From Tubiluchus corallicola (lineage: Eukaryota; Animalia; Priapulida), in contig JAQGDQ010000200.1 of NCBI GenBank assembly GCA_030141605.1, positions 338,227 to 402,226 on the forward strand: DNA of 64,000 bases, read 5' to 3'. The notes beneath the pieces are model-generated. The model saw only the letters and a list, made by a program, of their open reading frames with translations. It ran no database searches and was not told the origin of the DNA. The stretch's first letter is position 1, and the number at the start of each line of letters is the position of its first letter. Below are positions 28,801 through 54,569 of this stretch, in pieces. A program made the position numbers and the translations under genes.

Positions 28801-31800
28801 CCTGACTAGTACCTCGTTAACCCACTAACAGACTGGCTGATTGACTTTTTAGCTGGTTAAGAAAATATATAAGCCTTAAATATGCCTTAATTTTCAGGTG
28901 GCTGCTTATTTGCAAATAAAATGCGAAGTAAAGGCTACGTCACCATGCTGGATCCGTTTCAACGAAAATATGGGGAGAGGATGGGAGGGTTACTCTTCCT
29001 ACCCGCTTTACTGGGCGAAGTCTTTTGGTCTGCTGCAATATTAGCTGCTCTTGGTGAGTATTATCCTAAAGTTCTTTATTTGTATTCCACCTTTTTGCTA
29101 TATTTGCATATTCTTTCTATACAATTTTGTATTATTTTCCTCTTTCTATCTCTCCCTCGCTCTCTCTCCGCTCTTTCTCACACACACACATACCTTTTGT
29201 CTCGCGCTTTACTGCTTCTGTGTTTGATTAGACACAATAACCAACTCTTTTTCTTGTGCTGGTTGGAATGAATTGAGGTAATAACAGTAAGACCAAAGAA
29301 ACAAACAGAACGTTATATAACGAGAACGCCTGCGACATACTGCTTCACCATTCTCCTTTTCTCTCTGTGACATTATCTTTCTCTCAATACACAATGAAAA
29401 CGTTCTTTTTTTCTTTCTTCTCATATTTTTTCATCATTTTGTTGCTTTCTTATTAACTAAGTTAATATGTCGCAGGAGTTCTCGTCATATAATGTCTTTT
29501 TGTTTTTTATTCTTACTGTTATTAGCTCAATTCATCTCTCTACCAGTACTCTGAGAAAAAGAGTTAGTTATTGTGCCTAGTGGGCATGATTAACTGATTG
29601 TTCATTCTAGGGTTGAATGTCCTTCAGGAAATCTTGTAGAAGATCATGATGACAAACATTTTAATAGTTGAGCATATCATACATCGATTCTTATATTTCA
29701 GGTGCCACAATAAGTGTGATAATGGATCTGCCTGAAACTGTGTCCATTGTTATATCTGCGTTGATCGCAATTTTCTATACGTTGTTTGGAGGACTTTATT
29801 CTGTTGCTTACACAGACGTGGTGCAACTATTCTGTATATTTATCGGTTTGGTAAGTCTCCCCTTCCCTCCACCTGTTCCCCCTCTCTCTTTCTCTCTCTC
29901 GCTCTCTCTCTCTCTTTCTCTTTCACTCTTTCTCTATCTCTCTGTTCCTTATTTTATTTCTCTTAATTTCTTATCCATTACACAGACGTGGTGCAACGGC
30001 AGCTATTTTGTATAATCTGTATATTTGTTGGTTTGGTAAGTTTCCATTTCTCCCCTCCTTTCCTTCCCTCTCTCTCCCTCTGCTTCTCTCCCTTTCTCTT
30101 CTGTCTCTCTACCTCTTTTTCTCCCTCTCTCTCTCAATTCTTTTTCTTATTTTTCTGAGTCTCTTTCGCTTTTTAATTCGTTTTCACTTCCTTCTTTTTT
30201 CGCCAAACCTTGCTCGTTTTAGATTTCTATTTTTCTTTCTACTCCTCTCGCTTCTTTTCCTATTTTTACCCTTTTATCTCAGTATGTTAATCTGTAAAAT
30301 GTAATAGAAAATATTATGTGTGCTTCATCATCAGAGAATACTGTATTCCATACAGCTGCTTTGGCATTAAATGACGATGCTTTCCATGATGGTTTTTTCA
30401 AAGCAAAAAAAATAATGATTATTTTAATCATTTGTTCTTGCACTGCATTTGCGGCGCAACTGTGCAATAACACGTTTCTTTTCTTAAGATCTTAAAAACT
30501 GATCAGTATTATTCCTTTTGTTCCAGTGGTTGTGTGTTCCGTTCGCCATGACTCACCCAGCTGTAGAACCCCTCAGCAACACTACGTCTTTGTGGATAGG
30601 CACTATAGCCAAAGAAGATACCTGGGTTTATTTGGATCAGTTTCTTTTACTCATCTTTGGTGGCATTCCATGGCAGGTACATACACATTTTATACTGTAA
30701 AACATATGCACTCTGGAACAGTCATTTAGTTTACTTTGACGCTTTGCGTAATTAGCTTATGTCTGTTCCGCTAATTAGTGATGGTTTATTAGCCATAACA
30801 AAATGTCATTGTAAACTAGTTCAAAGCGAATTTTTAATGCATTCTAAAAAATTAAATAACATCATAAATTACAAATAGGCAATATGAAGACATAAGACAG
30901 GAATAATATGAACCGCATCTTGGAAAACTGCCAAGGAATGAATATGTTACTATGAATTACTTACTGATTGTTGTTGGCAACATTCCAACAAGGACGTTAA
31001 AGAAAATACATTTCTTGTTGGAGTAAAATACGTTACTAAAAGCCTATTCATTGTAGTTTTTTGGTGCTTTTCCACCATACCAGAATCTTGTCCTTGTGCC
31101 CTGGTGAAATTGGAGGTCATTCAGTATGTATTTAAATAAAAAGAGTTAGTTTTTTAACCCCACGGCACAAGTGGGATAATCGTGGATATGTGGATACGTA
31201 CACGTATGTTCATATGTGACTTACAATATGTTTTACCGCCGATTTTTTAGGTTTATTTTCAACGAGTCTTGTCTGCCAAAAGCCCAGCTCGCGCTCAAGC
31301 TCTGTCCTACATTGCTGCCCTCGGTTGCATCATTATGGCTGTACCGCCAGCGTTCATTGGTGCCATTGCAGCATCTACAGGTACAGTCAAAATTTAAAAC
31401 CATAACTACCTAATCAGTAACCATTAATTAAAATCATTTTAATAAAAAACTGTTCTGTATAAAACACAATTATGGGTTTATAATGAGGCAGATAACCTTA
31501 AAGGCGCCTATTATTTTTAAAATAATTTATGCCACGTTGTCGGTTAAATTAATTAACGTCCTGTGCCAGCAGCTTTGCTATGTTGAATAACAAAGTGTAG
31601 AACACTAATCTCTGATACATTCGCACATTGTCTTATGTATGCGATAGATTGAGAACTAAAGGCTGCTTTCATTTCAGATTGGAACCAGACAAAATATGGT
31701 CATGTCCCTGAGAACCCAGAACTGATTCTCCCTATAGTATTACAATATCTCACCCCAGTGTGGGTATCGTTCATTGGCTTAGGCGCTGTTTCGGCTGCTG

Positions 31801-32760
31801 TGATGTCATCGTCTGATTCTTCCATATTAGGAGCTAGTTCCATGTTTGCACGCAACATATATAAACTTATTTTTAGGCAAAATGTAAGTAAATATGTCCG
31901 CAATTTGAAATTTTCCAGACGTTGCTTAAGAAAATTTCTTGAAATCACTGATAGTATTGTGAAAGATTTTTCCTCGAGGCTTGATACATAGTTTACATGT
32001 GTTTGATGTTTTATCATAAGACCTTTACAACTGAGCTGACAAAATAATTTATGTTATAGTTGTTGTTGTCCTTGTCTAATAGTTCTTTTCTCACCGTTTC
32101 TAGGCATCAGAAAAAGAAATTTTGTGGGTGATGAGATTTGGCATTTTTGGTGTGGGTGCCATGGCAACGGCGATGGGGATCACCATCAAGACTATTTACG
32201 GTCTTTGGTTTCTCTGTGCTGATTTAGTGTACGTCATTCTCTTTCCTCAGTTGCTTGCGGTCATCTACATGGACTTCTCAAATACGTATGGCTCATTGTT
32301 AGCATACATCGTTGGTATGCTTCTTCGTATTGGAGGAGGGGAACCAATCATTCATCTGAAGCCATTCATTGAGTATCCCGGTTACGAAAAAGGAAAACAG
32401 GTGTTCCCGTTTCGGACTCTGTCCATGTTGATGACGCTGACCACGACCGTGTTGGTCTCGCTACTGACTAAACACTTGTTTGAATCCGGGTCACTAGCGC
32501 CCAAGTGGGACATATTCCACTGCGTGACGAACATTCCAGAGGACAAGATAGAAATAGGTAATGTGGAAAGTAGTAACGAGCTCACGGTCATGAATACCAA
32601 GATGGCGCCAACGTACGAGGCGACCACAGAGGATCCGCAGGTTCTCTTAAATGGGAAGTTAAACCCGGCGCTCGATCTCTCCAGAGAGGATCTGTTGAAG
32701 TCGAATAACACTCCTCCCCCGCCATACAATAGTTTGAGAGATCCGCCGATAACCCATTAG
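20750..32760 (+). CDS. SLC5A7: High-affinity choline transporter 1 (SLC5/SSF family), spliced gene, 8 coding exons, ~575 aa
   Basis: Exons 20750-20921, 28558-28665, 28898-29053, 29702-29850, 30527-30676, 31251-31380, 31678-31883 and 32104-32760 join in frame (1728 nt) through GT-AG introns. CHT1 signatures: [95 protein letters not shown]. Confidence 0.96.
22816..22850. repeat. (TA)n microsatellite, probably near the end of an interspersed element
   Basis: Read directly. A similar (TA)n run lies at 9172-9202. Confidence 0.9.
24618..25058. mobile_element. hAT-type MITE in SLC5A7 intron 1
   Basis: TIRs cagggtcggatta / tgatccggtcctg, repeated subterminal gcttagggcacc-like motifs, degenerate TSD. 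Confidence 0.6.
26133..26606. mobile_element. Tc1/mariner-like MITE in SLC5A7 intron 1
   Basis: TA-flanked TIRs cagggcgtcgcaataa / ttatgagacaccctg. Confidence 0.55.
28558..28665 (+). CDS. SLC5A7: SLC5A7 coding exon 2 ([14 protein letters not shown]...)
   Basis: gtttcag| acceptor, G|gtaaat donor, phase 1-1. Confidence 0.93.
28898..29053 (+). CDS. SLC5A7: SLC5A7 coding exon 3 ([22 protein letters not shown]...)
   Basis: ttttcag| acceptor, G|gtgagt donor, phase 1-1. Confidence 0.93.
29702..29850 (+). CDS. SLC5A7: SLC5A7 coding exon 4 ([10 protein letters not shown]...[14 protein letters not shown])
   Basis: atttcag| acceptor, TTG|gtaagt donor, phase 1-0. Confidence 0.93.
30527..30676 (+). CDS. 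SLC5A7: SLC5A7 coding exon 5 (WLCVPFAM...FGGIPWQ)
   Basis: ttccag| acceptor, CAG|gtacat donor, phase 0-0. Confidence 0.93.
31251..31380 (+). CDS. SLC5A7: SLC5A7 coding exon 6 ([20 protein letters not shown]...AAST)
   Basis: ttttttag| acceptor, G|gtacag donor, phase 0-1. This frame is not in the ORF track and was translated by hand. Confidence 0.92.
31678..31883 (+). CDS. SLC5A7: SLC5A7 coding exon 7 (DWNQTKYG...[12 protein letters not shown])
   Basis: atttcag| acceptor, AAT|gtaagt donor, phase 1-0. Confidence 0.93.
32104..32760 (+). CDS. SLC5A7: SLC5A7 terminal coding exon 8 ([11 protein letters not shown]...PPITH*)
   Basis: tttctag| acceptor. Matches ORF 32122-32760, stop TAG. Confidence 0.94.
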   Translation, partial: ASEKEILWVMRFGIFGVGAMATAMGITIKTIYGLWFLCADLVYVILFPQLLAVIYMDFSNTYGSLLAYIVGMLLRIGGGEPIIHLKPFIEYPGYEKGKQVFPFRTLSMLMTLTTTVLVSLLTKHLFESGSLAPKWDIFHCVTNIPEDKIEIGNVESSNELTVMNTKMAPTYEATTEDPQVLLNGKLNPALDLSREDLLKSNNTPPPPYNSLRDPPITH

Positions 32761-35700
32761 CAGAGTATAAATAGCCAGAAACTAGCCAATCAGAGTGTAG
32801 ATATTGTTTATTTTGTTATTATTTGTTTGACTAGTCGTTATAATTATTGAGTGAGTTTGGTATTAGATAGCTGGGCATAACGCAGCTTTAAAAAATGCAA
32901 GTGTTTGACTTCTGGTCCCAAAATATTAGTAAAATATTGCATGTTTAGAATATAAAAAAAATTATAAGGGACCATCACGTTATATAAATTAGCAATTTTT
33001 TTGAGGAATGGATAAAAACATGCTAAGTGCAGAGACGTAACCATGTTCATGAATTGTTTAAAAATAGATCTACGTATATAAGATATATTTTGTTGCGGTA
33101 TGACTAATACCTATCAGATTCGTACTGCAAGTAAAGACGCCTAAGTTGTTGTTTCCACTCCAGTTAATCAAATGACTTTCCCAAAAACTACGCAAACATT
33201 TTTATACACTTAATGTAATCCGTCCCGCAGTATCAGAAAGACCTAACAGAGCAAATAATTTAGTGACAAATTGTGTTCCGTCGTTTTGCAAAATAACTCA
33301 AAACCTTTCCAACAACCTCTTTTTAGGTTACATATTCAGTGAAGAGAGAATCTATGCTCTCTGTTAGCCGTGACTAATGGCTTCTTACAAACGTAAAAAA
33401 GCCTTCTTTGTCATGCACATGAAGCACTTTTCTTTTGATTAGCCATTGAAATAGGAGACTTACCTTCATGAAAGACCTTTGTCGAATGACATAGGCTTTT
33501 TAGAATACCTGTCGAGCTTACCTACCTGCATGTTTGTCACAGGAAAAAGAATAATTTGCACTAAACACCTGTGAATATGATAATAGTTATCGCATTGTTT
33601 ACTACAGGCTACAAGTTGTAAGCACGTAGGTAGTTTCTGAGGATAGAAAAATATGTGTGGAGGAAGCTTATTCCTACTGCACAAGGTCCCATATACCAAA
33701 TATATGCTGTCATGAATTTACGTAACTATAAAGTAAGCTTTATTTACGTATTATGTACATAAATAAATAGCAGCTAATTATGATATAATAAGTAATAATT
33801 ATAATTAATATATTAACACGTTATTTAGAATGAATGATTATATTGTTTATAATATTTTAAAAGATAAATGTTGAGAGACCATAAATGTAATTTTGGCCTC
33901 ATCTCTACAGACTACAGAATGCCTTTCATTTAGTAGAACAGTATAGTTAAAGACGTCACATTTTTATAGCAGTGTGATAGTATGGCTTCATATAGGAACG
34001 TAGTGTTACTGTTTTAGAAGCTAGGCTAATTAGATAGAAGCTGCAGCTTATCTTAGTGTAGTTGTGAGTGTTCACGATGTCGCTTTTATGTGTTGTACAA
34101 AGTTGTTAATTTTTGCCGTAATTACACTATTTAACCATAACCTGCTATATGTTTTTGAAATATTTTCTAGTTTAGAAATATATGACGAAATTGACATAGC
34201 GCAACCCGTTTACCAAAAAGTAAGTTTGAAAATATGATTTATACTTACTACTGTCGTTTTGGTGTTTAAGACTAATTAAAGTCAAAATCCTCAAATACAT
34301 TAGGTGTACACTAGAATATTGTATAAGATCGAATTTATCTCTATAAAGAAATTCTGTAAAACATTCCACCTGGAGCACTAACACACAACCAACTCTGGTC
34401 ATCCAGTTTCACAATGCAGTTGTCCAGTGAAACTTATTTATAGCAACACTTGGTTGTCGTTTGACCAAAATCACAAAACCCACTTACCTTATTTACACAA
34501 CTGTTTTTTTTTCAAATACCAATTTAAACGTGCATACATGCTGCACAGACGATTTTAATTGATTTCACATCATGATTATGGTTTTAAAAAACTTTAAGAA
34601 AATTGCTCATCAGAAGTTTGTTTTGACTAATTAAAAGTAGATTACAGTTGTTTTCTTTTTGAAGTATAGTTGGTCTGTCAAAATTAGTGACGGAGAACAA
34701 AATGCCACGTGAGAAAAACGTGATAACTTTCTTAGTTTCTGCGCTCATGTATCTCTTGGAATTAATTGCGTTGCTAACTTATTTACTTTAGTATTTCTGT
34801 TTATCACAAAGCGGGACCTAAAATGTTCATTCATTAGAGAAAAACAAATTTAAATGTATTGAATTTGTCGGGCAAAAGGGGGGAAAAACTTACAAAAACG
34901 TTGATGTAAATATCCTGTATGTAAAATTACTAGGTGTCTCTTGTACTGTGACGTCCAGCACCTTTTGCGCACATTAGTGACGCCACTGATAATTATTAAG
35001 GCCTATGCTTTTTTGTTTCTCTGAATTAACTGTTAAAAATTCTAAATGTGCAATTTTGAATCCACGAATGTTTTTGGAGCTGCAGCAAACAGTTTTTGTG
35101 AGCTTATAAACAGAATCTTATTCTTTATAATAGTTAACTCAGATACAAATGTTAAATAGGCCTAAGCAGACCTAAAGTCCCTAAACATTCGTGTGGACAA
35201 AACGTGTAGGTATAGCCAAACATGCAACGGTTATTTGGCATCAATAATTAGAGTATGTTTGGGAAATAACTGATCGAATTACCATTCAAAGAAGGCATTT
35301 TAGGTTACTAACACTAACACTTGTCAAATTTACTATTGTTGCTACGGTTTTGTAATGTAATTACGGTAATCGTATTCATAGACCTAACAAGGCATTTTTG
35401 CTTGATGTAACTATAGTTTTAATAATAATGTTGAGTGGTTGCGTGTAACTGTGTATTTTAAGTAACGTTGCCAAGAAAATAGCTCCTTGTGATATTTGTG
35501 TTACTATGATTCAAAGAGTTTGCTAAGCACAAATGTTAAATTTTTGACGAAAGCTATATAAATGGTTGAATGCATGTCGATAGATTTTATCAAATTTAAC
35601 TTATTTGTGTTACAATGATATAAATCGCTACTATTGACTTAGATTGTTCACAGAATGCATGAGAATTACGCTCCTGTATTGACAATGAATCTGTTGTAAC

Positions 35701-36288
35701 TTGTTATGAAAATTTGGTTAATACTAATTAATCATTAACGCCTACATCATCTTTCCCACAAGAGATAAACAAATTCACTGTCTGTGGTGCCATCTGTGGA
35801 CAGAAGACTAAAAAATAGTCAAAGCAACAAATGAAATGAGCACTCTCACGCGGCTTTACCTATTTTTTACGCTCTTGCAATAAGGGACGTGCTCACAAAA
35901 CCACTCCGACCCCCAACGTCTTGCATTACTTATAAGGAATTGTTGTGCGTTAATCTACAGTATTCGACAGATTTTCTGTCTTAAGTAAATAATACGAACA
36001 GCAATAGTTGTTTTTATTACTTTTTGTATTGTTTATTTAAGGTAGCCGATCTAATTTTTGTTGTTACAGTTTTTTTAGTTTTAAGCAATATTTCGCATGT
36101 GATCATCTGTTAATAGTGGACTCAGAGTCAGAGCATGGTAATGTCTACTCTACATAGCTATGTACTACATGTATAATGGCATCGTTGTTGTAAACCATTG
36201 GTTATTTTGTGTTTGTATTGTTCAAGTATTAAACAAAGTTTATGTACAAATATTCACTTGTACGTTAGGAAGTCTCAACTTGCAAAGC

Positions 36289-36560
36289 AATAAAAATAAT
36301 CAATTGACATCTGTGAAAACTGTCAATAACTGACTTAAGTTAGATTCTAGTAACTTGACAAGCAATACTCATCACTTGATATTAATCAAATCGAAAAGCA
36401 AATAATTATAGTAATGCATTGATCAGCGATGTTGTTTTGTAAAGCAAGTGTTTAAAGGACGAAGTTAAAATAATGAGAAAAGTTACTGCTAAATAGTATG
36501 CGTTAGATTATTCAGATGAAAAATAAATCAGAATGCGATTGACAAGTTTGTTCTGTGGTT
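36289..36560 (+). terminator. Candidate distal poly(A) signals of SLC5A7
   Basis: AATAAA at 36289 and 36522, the latter followed by GU-rich tttgttctgtggttt. A more proximal AATAAA also lies near 33762. Confidence 0.3.
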
Positions 36561-36629
36561 TATCATTCACTATTTAATTACCCACAACTGGATAATTTTA
36601 TGTAGCCAAAATACAGTATACAAATCCAC

Positions 36630-36957
36630 AATTAATCAAATTATGGGTACCAAGTTAGAAAGACAGGAAATGTCAAAAAGTTGGAATGTACTTGGATTTA
36701 AACCAGGAAGCATCTGCTTCCAAGGCAGACACACTAGGCCATCGTATTGCTCACTGATTACGGCAGCCCAAAGTTGGCTAACGATATTCCCGCTAGTTAG
36801 ATCACTCACACTACAGTAATTGTATCTAATTAAATTAATTCTGTATTTTGAACAACTCTGAACTCATAATTTCCACAGCCCTGGTTCAAATCCAGGATGT
36901 ATTTCAACTTTTTCACAATTCCTGTTTTTCAAATTTAGTATCAAAACTTAATTAACT
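36630..36957. mobile_element. Two divergently oriented copies of tRNA-related repeat family B (36630-36744 on -, 36880-36957 on +)
   Basis: Both carry ctggtt(c/t)aaatcca..ttc(c)aacttttt.aca.ttcctgt. The same motif occurs at 8229-8310 (+) and 40850-40935 (-), and weakly at 23030-23110 (-). Confidence 0.6.
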
Positions 36958-38600
36958 GTCAGTTTGTACTATCGTTATTAATAATCTTGATACTAAAATT
37001 ATAATAATTAAAATTCTAATATAAAATTACTCTTTTTGAAGATCTTAAGGAAATTTAGAAAGGTGCAACTTTGTGGACAAATGATTCCAAAAAGTAGCAT
37101 TAAGTTATGCATCAATCTATTTGAGAGTAGGAAAACAGAAACAGAATGTTTAGCTCTTTCAAAATAATTCATTGTTGTGAATAAGACTTTCAAAATTAAA
37201 GCAGGTTGGATATCTCTAGAACAAGTCAGAACAGGTTGAAGTCAGAATTCACTTAAGAAAACACTGAAAATACTGTGCATTTACATGCAATAAAACACTT
37301 TACATTCAGAACAATGTTCGGCAGAAAATGAACACGAAAAGCATAAGAAAAAGACTAATCATTTACACCATGGAATTCATTTAACAGTTCAGAAATAAGG
37401 CATGAATGTAGACATTTCCAAAAGATAGCAATGGTAACGGGAACGGCAATGGCAGTCTGGTTAATAACTGGTAACGCATAAATTCGGCAATCCTGCACCC
37501 AATTTATTCAATGAGTATTGATTTTTTGCTCGGTAACCATTGCTATCACCGTTCCTGGTTAATACATGCTTTAACTCTATAAAACAAAATTTTAAACTCT
37601 TAATATAGACTTAAATATGACAAATGTCAAAATATTAGTTCATGTACGCAATGATAGTATAATAAATTCAACAAAATATATGACAATATATTGTTTAGGA
37701 CATTCAGAAAAACAAACTTTACTCCAACTATTGTCACACAGAACATTCTAGTAACAGACAACACAGTAACAAATAGTACTTAACATAAGACAGTAACAAA
37801 CAGCACTTACTGACCAGTGGTATTTTCTCAATACCTCAGAAAAAATAAAAATACATGAAAATAACACAACTGACCCACACATTCAGTTCTACAAAACGTT
37901 TCTGAAAACTATAGCATGGTCCCAACAAAATAAATTTTAAAAGTTGTATGGACAAAAATGATCTAGAAATGTACCGACGAAGACAACAACTTAAACAGAA
38001 AAAACAACAGTGGAACAGCGAAGCTATTTCTTACGAAAATAAGTAGACAGTAAGGAACGTTACCAATTTTTTTCTAACTAAATACAGTAATTCAGATGAC
38101 TGGTTCGTAGACCAAAATCGTAATTACAAATTGTCCAGTGACTAAAAACAAGTGACAATGTCCAATTTATAAGATGTATATTTCCGTATGGTTACGAAGA
38201 CAAGTGGTACAAGAGAGTACAGCATTCATAACATCCGTTGCAACAGGAAATAAACAAACTTTTAAAACAATAACATGCACAATATATTTAAAGCTAAATA
38301 ACTCACCAGTTATAACCTACCCCAACCTTAAGTAAAATAACACGTTTTGTAAGGTAAAACCACAATGTGCATTTATCACCCCTTTCCAACATTTCATTAT
38401 TATAACAAAAGTGCCACATACCCTTAGGAAATGCAGCAGTTTGACATAGACATGATCTTTGAGGAAATATGTTTGCGTTTAGTGCATAAATGTTTCTAAA
38501 TTGGTGTTTTCACAATGCTATGGCCCATTGTTTAATGCTTAATAATGCAATCTGCTAATAATGCACATGCAAGGTCATCTACAAAAATGCTTGCATCATA

Positions 38601-52035
<13,435 letters not shown>

Positions 52036-52124
52036 CGTTCTATTTCAGGAGAGCTAAGCTATACGCACAGAACTATGCTAACCCCTAAACGCACACGACA
52101 CCAGAGCTGTCACAATGTGAAAAC

Positions 52125-52212
52125 CATGCACATTGGACTCAGCGTGCAAGCTCACTTGACTGAGCTGGGCGGAGTCAAAATTACATGCCTAATACAGGTG
52201 AGCCAATCAAGT
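52125..52212 (-). promoter_or_regulatory. Putative PAPSS proximal promoter (CCAAT boxes + GC box)
   Basis: cattgg near 52131, gggcggag at 52167-52174 and agccaatca at 52201-52209, 95-175 bp upstream of the candidate ATG. Confidence 0.5.
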
Positions 52213-52717
52213 AATGGTAAACTTAACGTCGTTTAGCATATCTCATATTTCATAGCATTTATGGAAAAAACACCAATTATGATTTTAATTGTTAGGTTAC
52301 ATAGTGAATTTCCCCCCCCCCCCCCAACCATCTAGCAGCTCAGCCCCCTACACCCTCAGCAAGTCGGAAAATAGGTCAGGGGTACGTACGGAAAGAAGTT
52401 TACTCTCATTATTTGCATTATTTGCGTTTATTCGGTAGTCATGCACTGTAAACAGAGTTGTTCATATTCATATAGGACCTGCGATAAAAATTTATTCAAA
52501 GCTGGCGTGGTTCTTTTACAAATCTGGTAGTCATATGTTCCCAATGGTTACTATAGTTTGATAGGTAACCATTCCTATGTACACTGGAGACAGATTGTAA
52601 TCTAGCAACGTAGCTCAGAACTAATTTTACATTGCTGAATGATAGCTACGGTCAAAGCGTGCAACAATGGTAAAGTATGCAGTGTGCGGCAGCTTTTTCC
52701 AGCAAACAATTAATGAA

Positions 52718-52974
52718 CCGGGTGGTGTAGCTCAATGTTAGCGTGCTCGCTTACCACCCGAGAGGTCGTGGGTTCAACTCTCGACCGAGTCATACCAAAG
52801 ACTTGAGAAATGGTACCGATGGTTCTTCGACCAAGCAGGCGGGTTTATCGAAGTAACGTGCAGGTAATAATAATCGGGACCACCTTGGAAATAAGTATTG
52901 AGTTACTTATTTAAGTTACTTGAGTTAAGGTGTTATCCATGGACTATCTCCTAAACGAAATTATTATTATTATT
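52718..52974 (+). mobile_element. tRNA-derived SINE (family A), near full length
   Basis: A box gtagctcaatgttag, B box ggttcaactc, core ccgagtcataccaaagact..aaatggtac, (att)n tail. Homologous heads at 3562 and 9693. Confidence 0.75.
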
Positions 52975-54569
52975 AATGGAATAGTATGCGTCCATACTGA
53001 AAGTTTCTGAAAATAATTGCTAAACAAATAACAACTTATATTATCTTTTGTCATTTTGGTACAAACATTTCGACTGTTTTTACACTGACCCGTACTGAGT
53101 GGGCGGTAACGTTATGCAACTTTATTATTTTATGGGGTTTGCAGTGTTTTTAAGAGAATGATATCAGTACGCGTTACAATGCAATAACTGGTAATAAAGT
53201 TCAGTTATGAGCCAGATAAACGATGTAGATTACGTAAGAACTGAGAATTAATTAACAGGTTACTTTATCTATGAAACAAAACACATTTTATAAAAATTAT
53301 GAGCAAAATTGGTACCTGAATCTGAGACCTAAAGCATAAATCACACTCACCTTGAAACCTAAGCTATCTTAGGAAGCGAAGAGAAAAGAAATGGAAGAGA
53401 AGGCTGAAAAACTCCCAGTCTCATCTTAACAGCATATAAACTCAAACTGTTAGAGTCAACTACATGTACTTGAAACACATAGGATGAATGACGTACAGCA
53501 CTAGCAGTACTGAAATATCAATTATAAGTTTGCAGGGATACGAAGTAGAACAAATCATACGCACTGCGAATTAATACAAATTAAGTATTTTTCAGTATAA
53601 AATGCATGCAAACTTTGCAAAGTGTTCAACCGCATGCTGCAAAAATGAAAACAATTCAAACGCAAAAACTGTTTGGTTAAAGGTATCACTTACGTTAAAC
53701 AAAGAGTAACATGCATTTTTTAGCCTTGTCAAATAATCCCAAATCACAAATAGAACGGCCATAGTTGCATCACCTCCTTCCTCATCTAGGAATCATTTTG
53801 TAAAATTTTTATCATTGAAAAGTTTATTTTGCAAAGGAATATAATAAGCTTAGGAAAAGGTTATATTTGATTACAGTGGGTTTGATCAGAATTTGACTAG
53901 TTACGTCATACGTTCTCCTTTATTTCAAGAATTCGCAAACAATTTTAAATAGTAAAAGTAACAGTAATAGTAATAGTAATAGCAAAGTAAAAGGTTAGCC
54001 AAGAGAAGTCCTTTGCTAACACAAGAAACATAGACTTGTACAACAAAGTTCAAGGAAAAATGCACAAGTAAGGCTTATGTAATACATTTCTGTGTCCCCA
54101 CCTTAAATATATGGTATATTACCGTAAATACGAAACTCACACGATTACAAAAACAAAAACTATTTCAGGAGCATACAATTAGCCTAGTTAAAAGGCAAGT
54201 TTGGCTTCAAAATTCAATAAGTGTGGGTTCATTCCATTATAGTGAGCTCATGATCACTTACCAATACCTTATTTCACGACTAATAAGTTGATATTCACCA
54301 GTTAGTATAAAATTACTTGCAACAGACTTGTATCTAAATATGCAGCCTGACCAAACAAAGAGAAATGTAATATTGTTATAGTCTAATTCCATGGAACTGT
54401 GCATTATTTTTATTAAAGGAAGAAAATCCGTCCAGACAATGTATGGTTTCAAATATCAATCTTGGTGGAACAATTTCCCTAATTTAAGAATTTACCATAT
54501 GACTTTTTATATTTAAAAACGTCATGAAAATATTGATGCTCAAACTCCCATAAACATGTGTGATTCCCT

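Noticed and set aside
32382-32729. 115-aa antisense ORF over SLC5A7 exon 8
   Set aside because: Shadow ORF of the coding strand with no independent support.
32758-32850. Stop-codon readthrough of SLC5A7 (TAG-C, ~29-codon extension)
   Set aside because: Context TAG CAG AGT is only weakly leaky. The extension looks like AT-rich UTR and no downstream structure is evident.
52718-52795. tRNA gene
   Set aside because: A and B boxes are present, but there is no convincing acceptor stem. It runs into a body shared with two other copies and ends in an (att)n tail, so it is a SINE.
53345-53410. Micro-exon on minus strand (polypyrimidine tract, AAG|gtgagt donor)
   Set aside because: Possible lengths of 8, 13 or 17 nt break the frame, and the upstream ATG frame stops before the donor.
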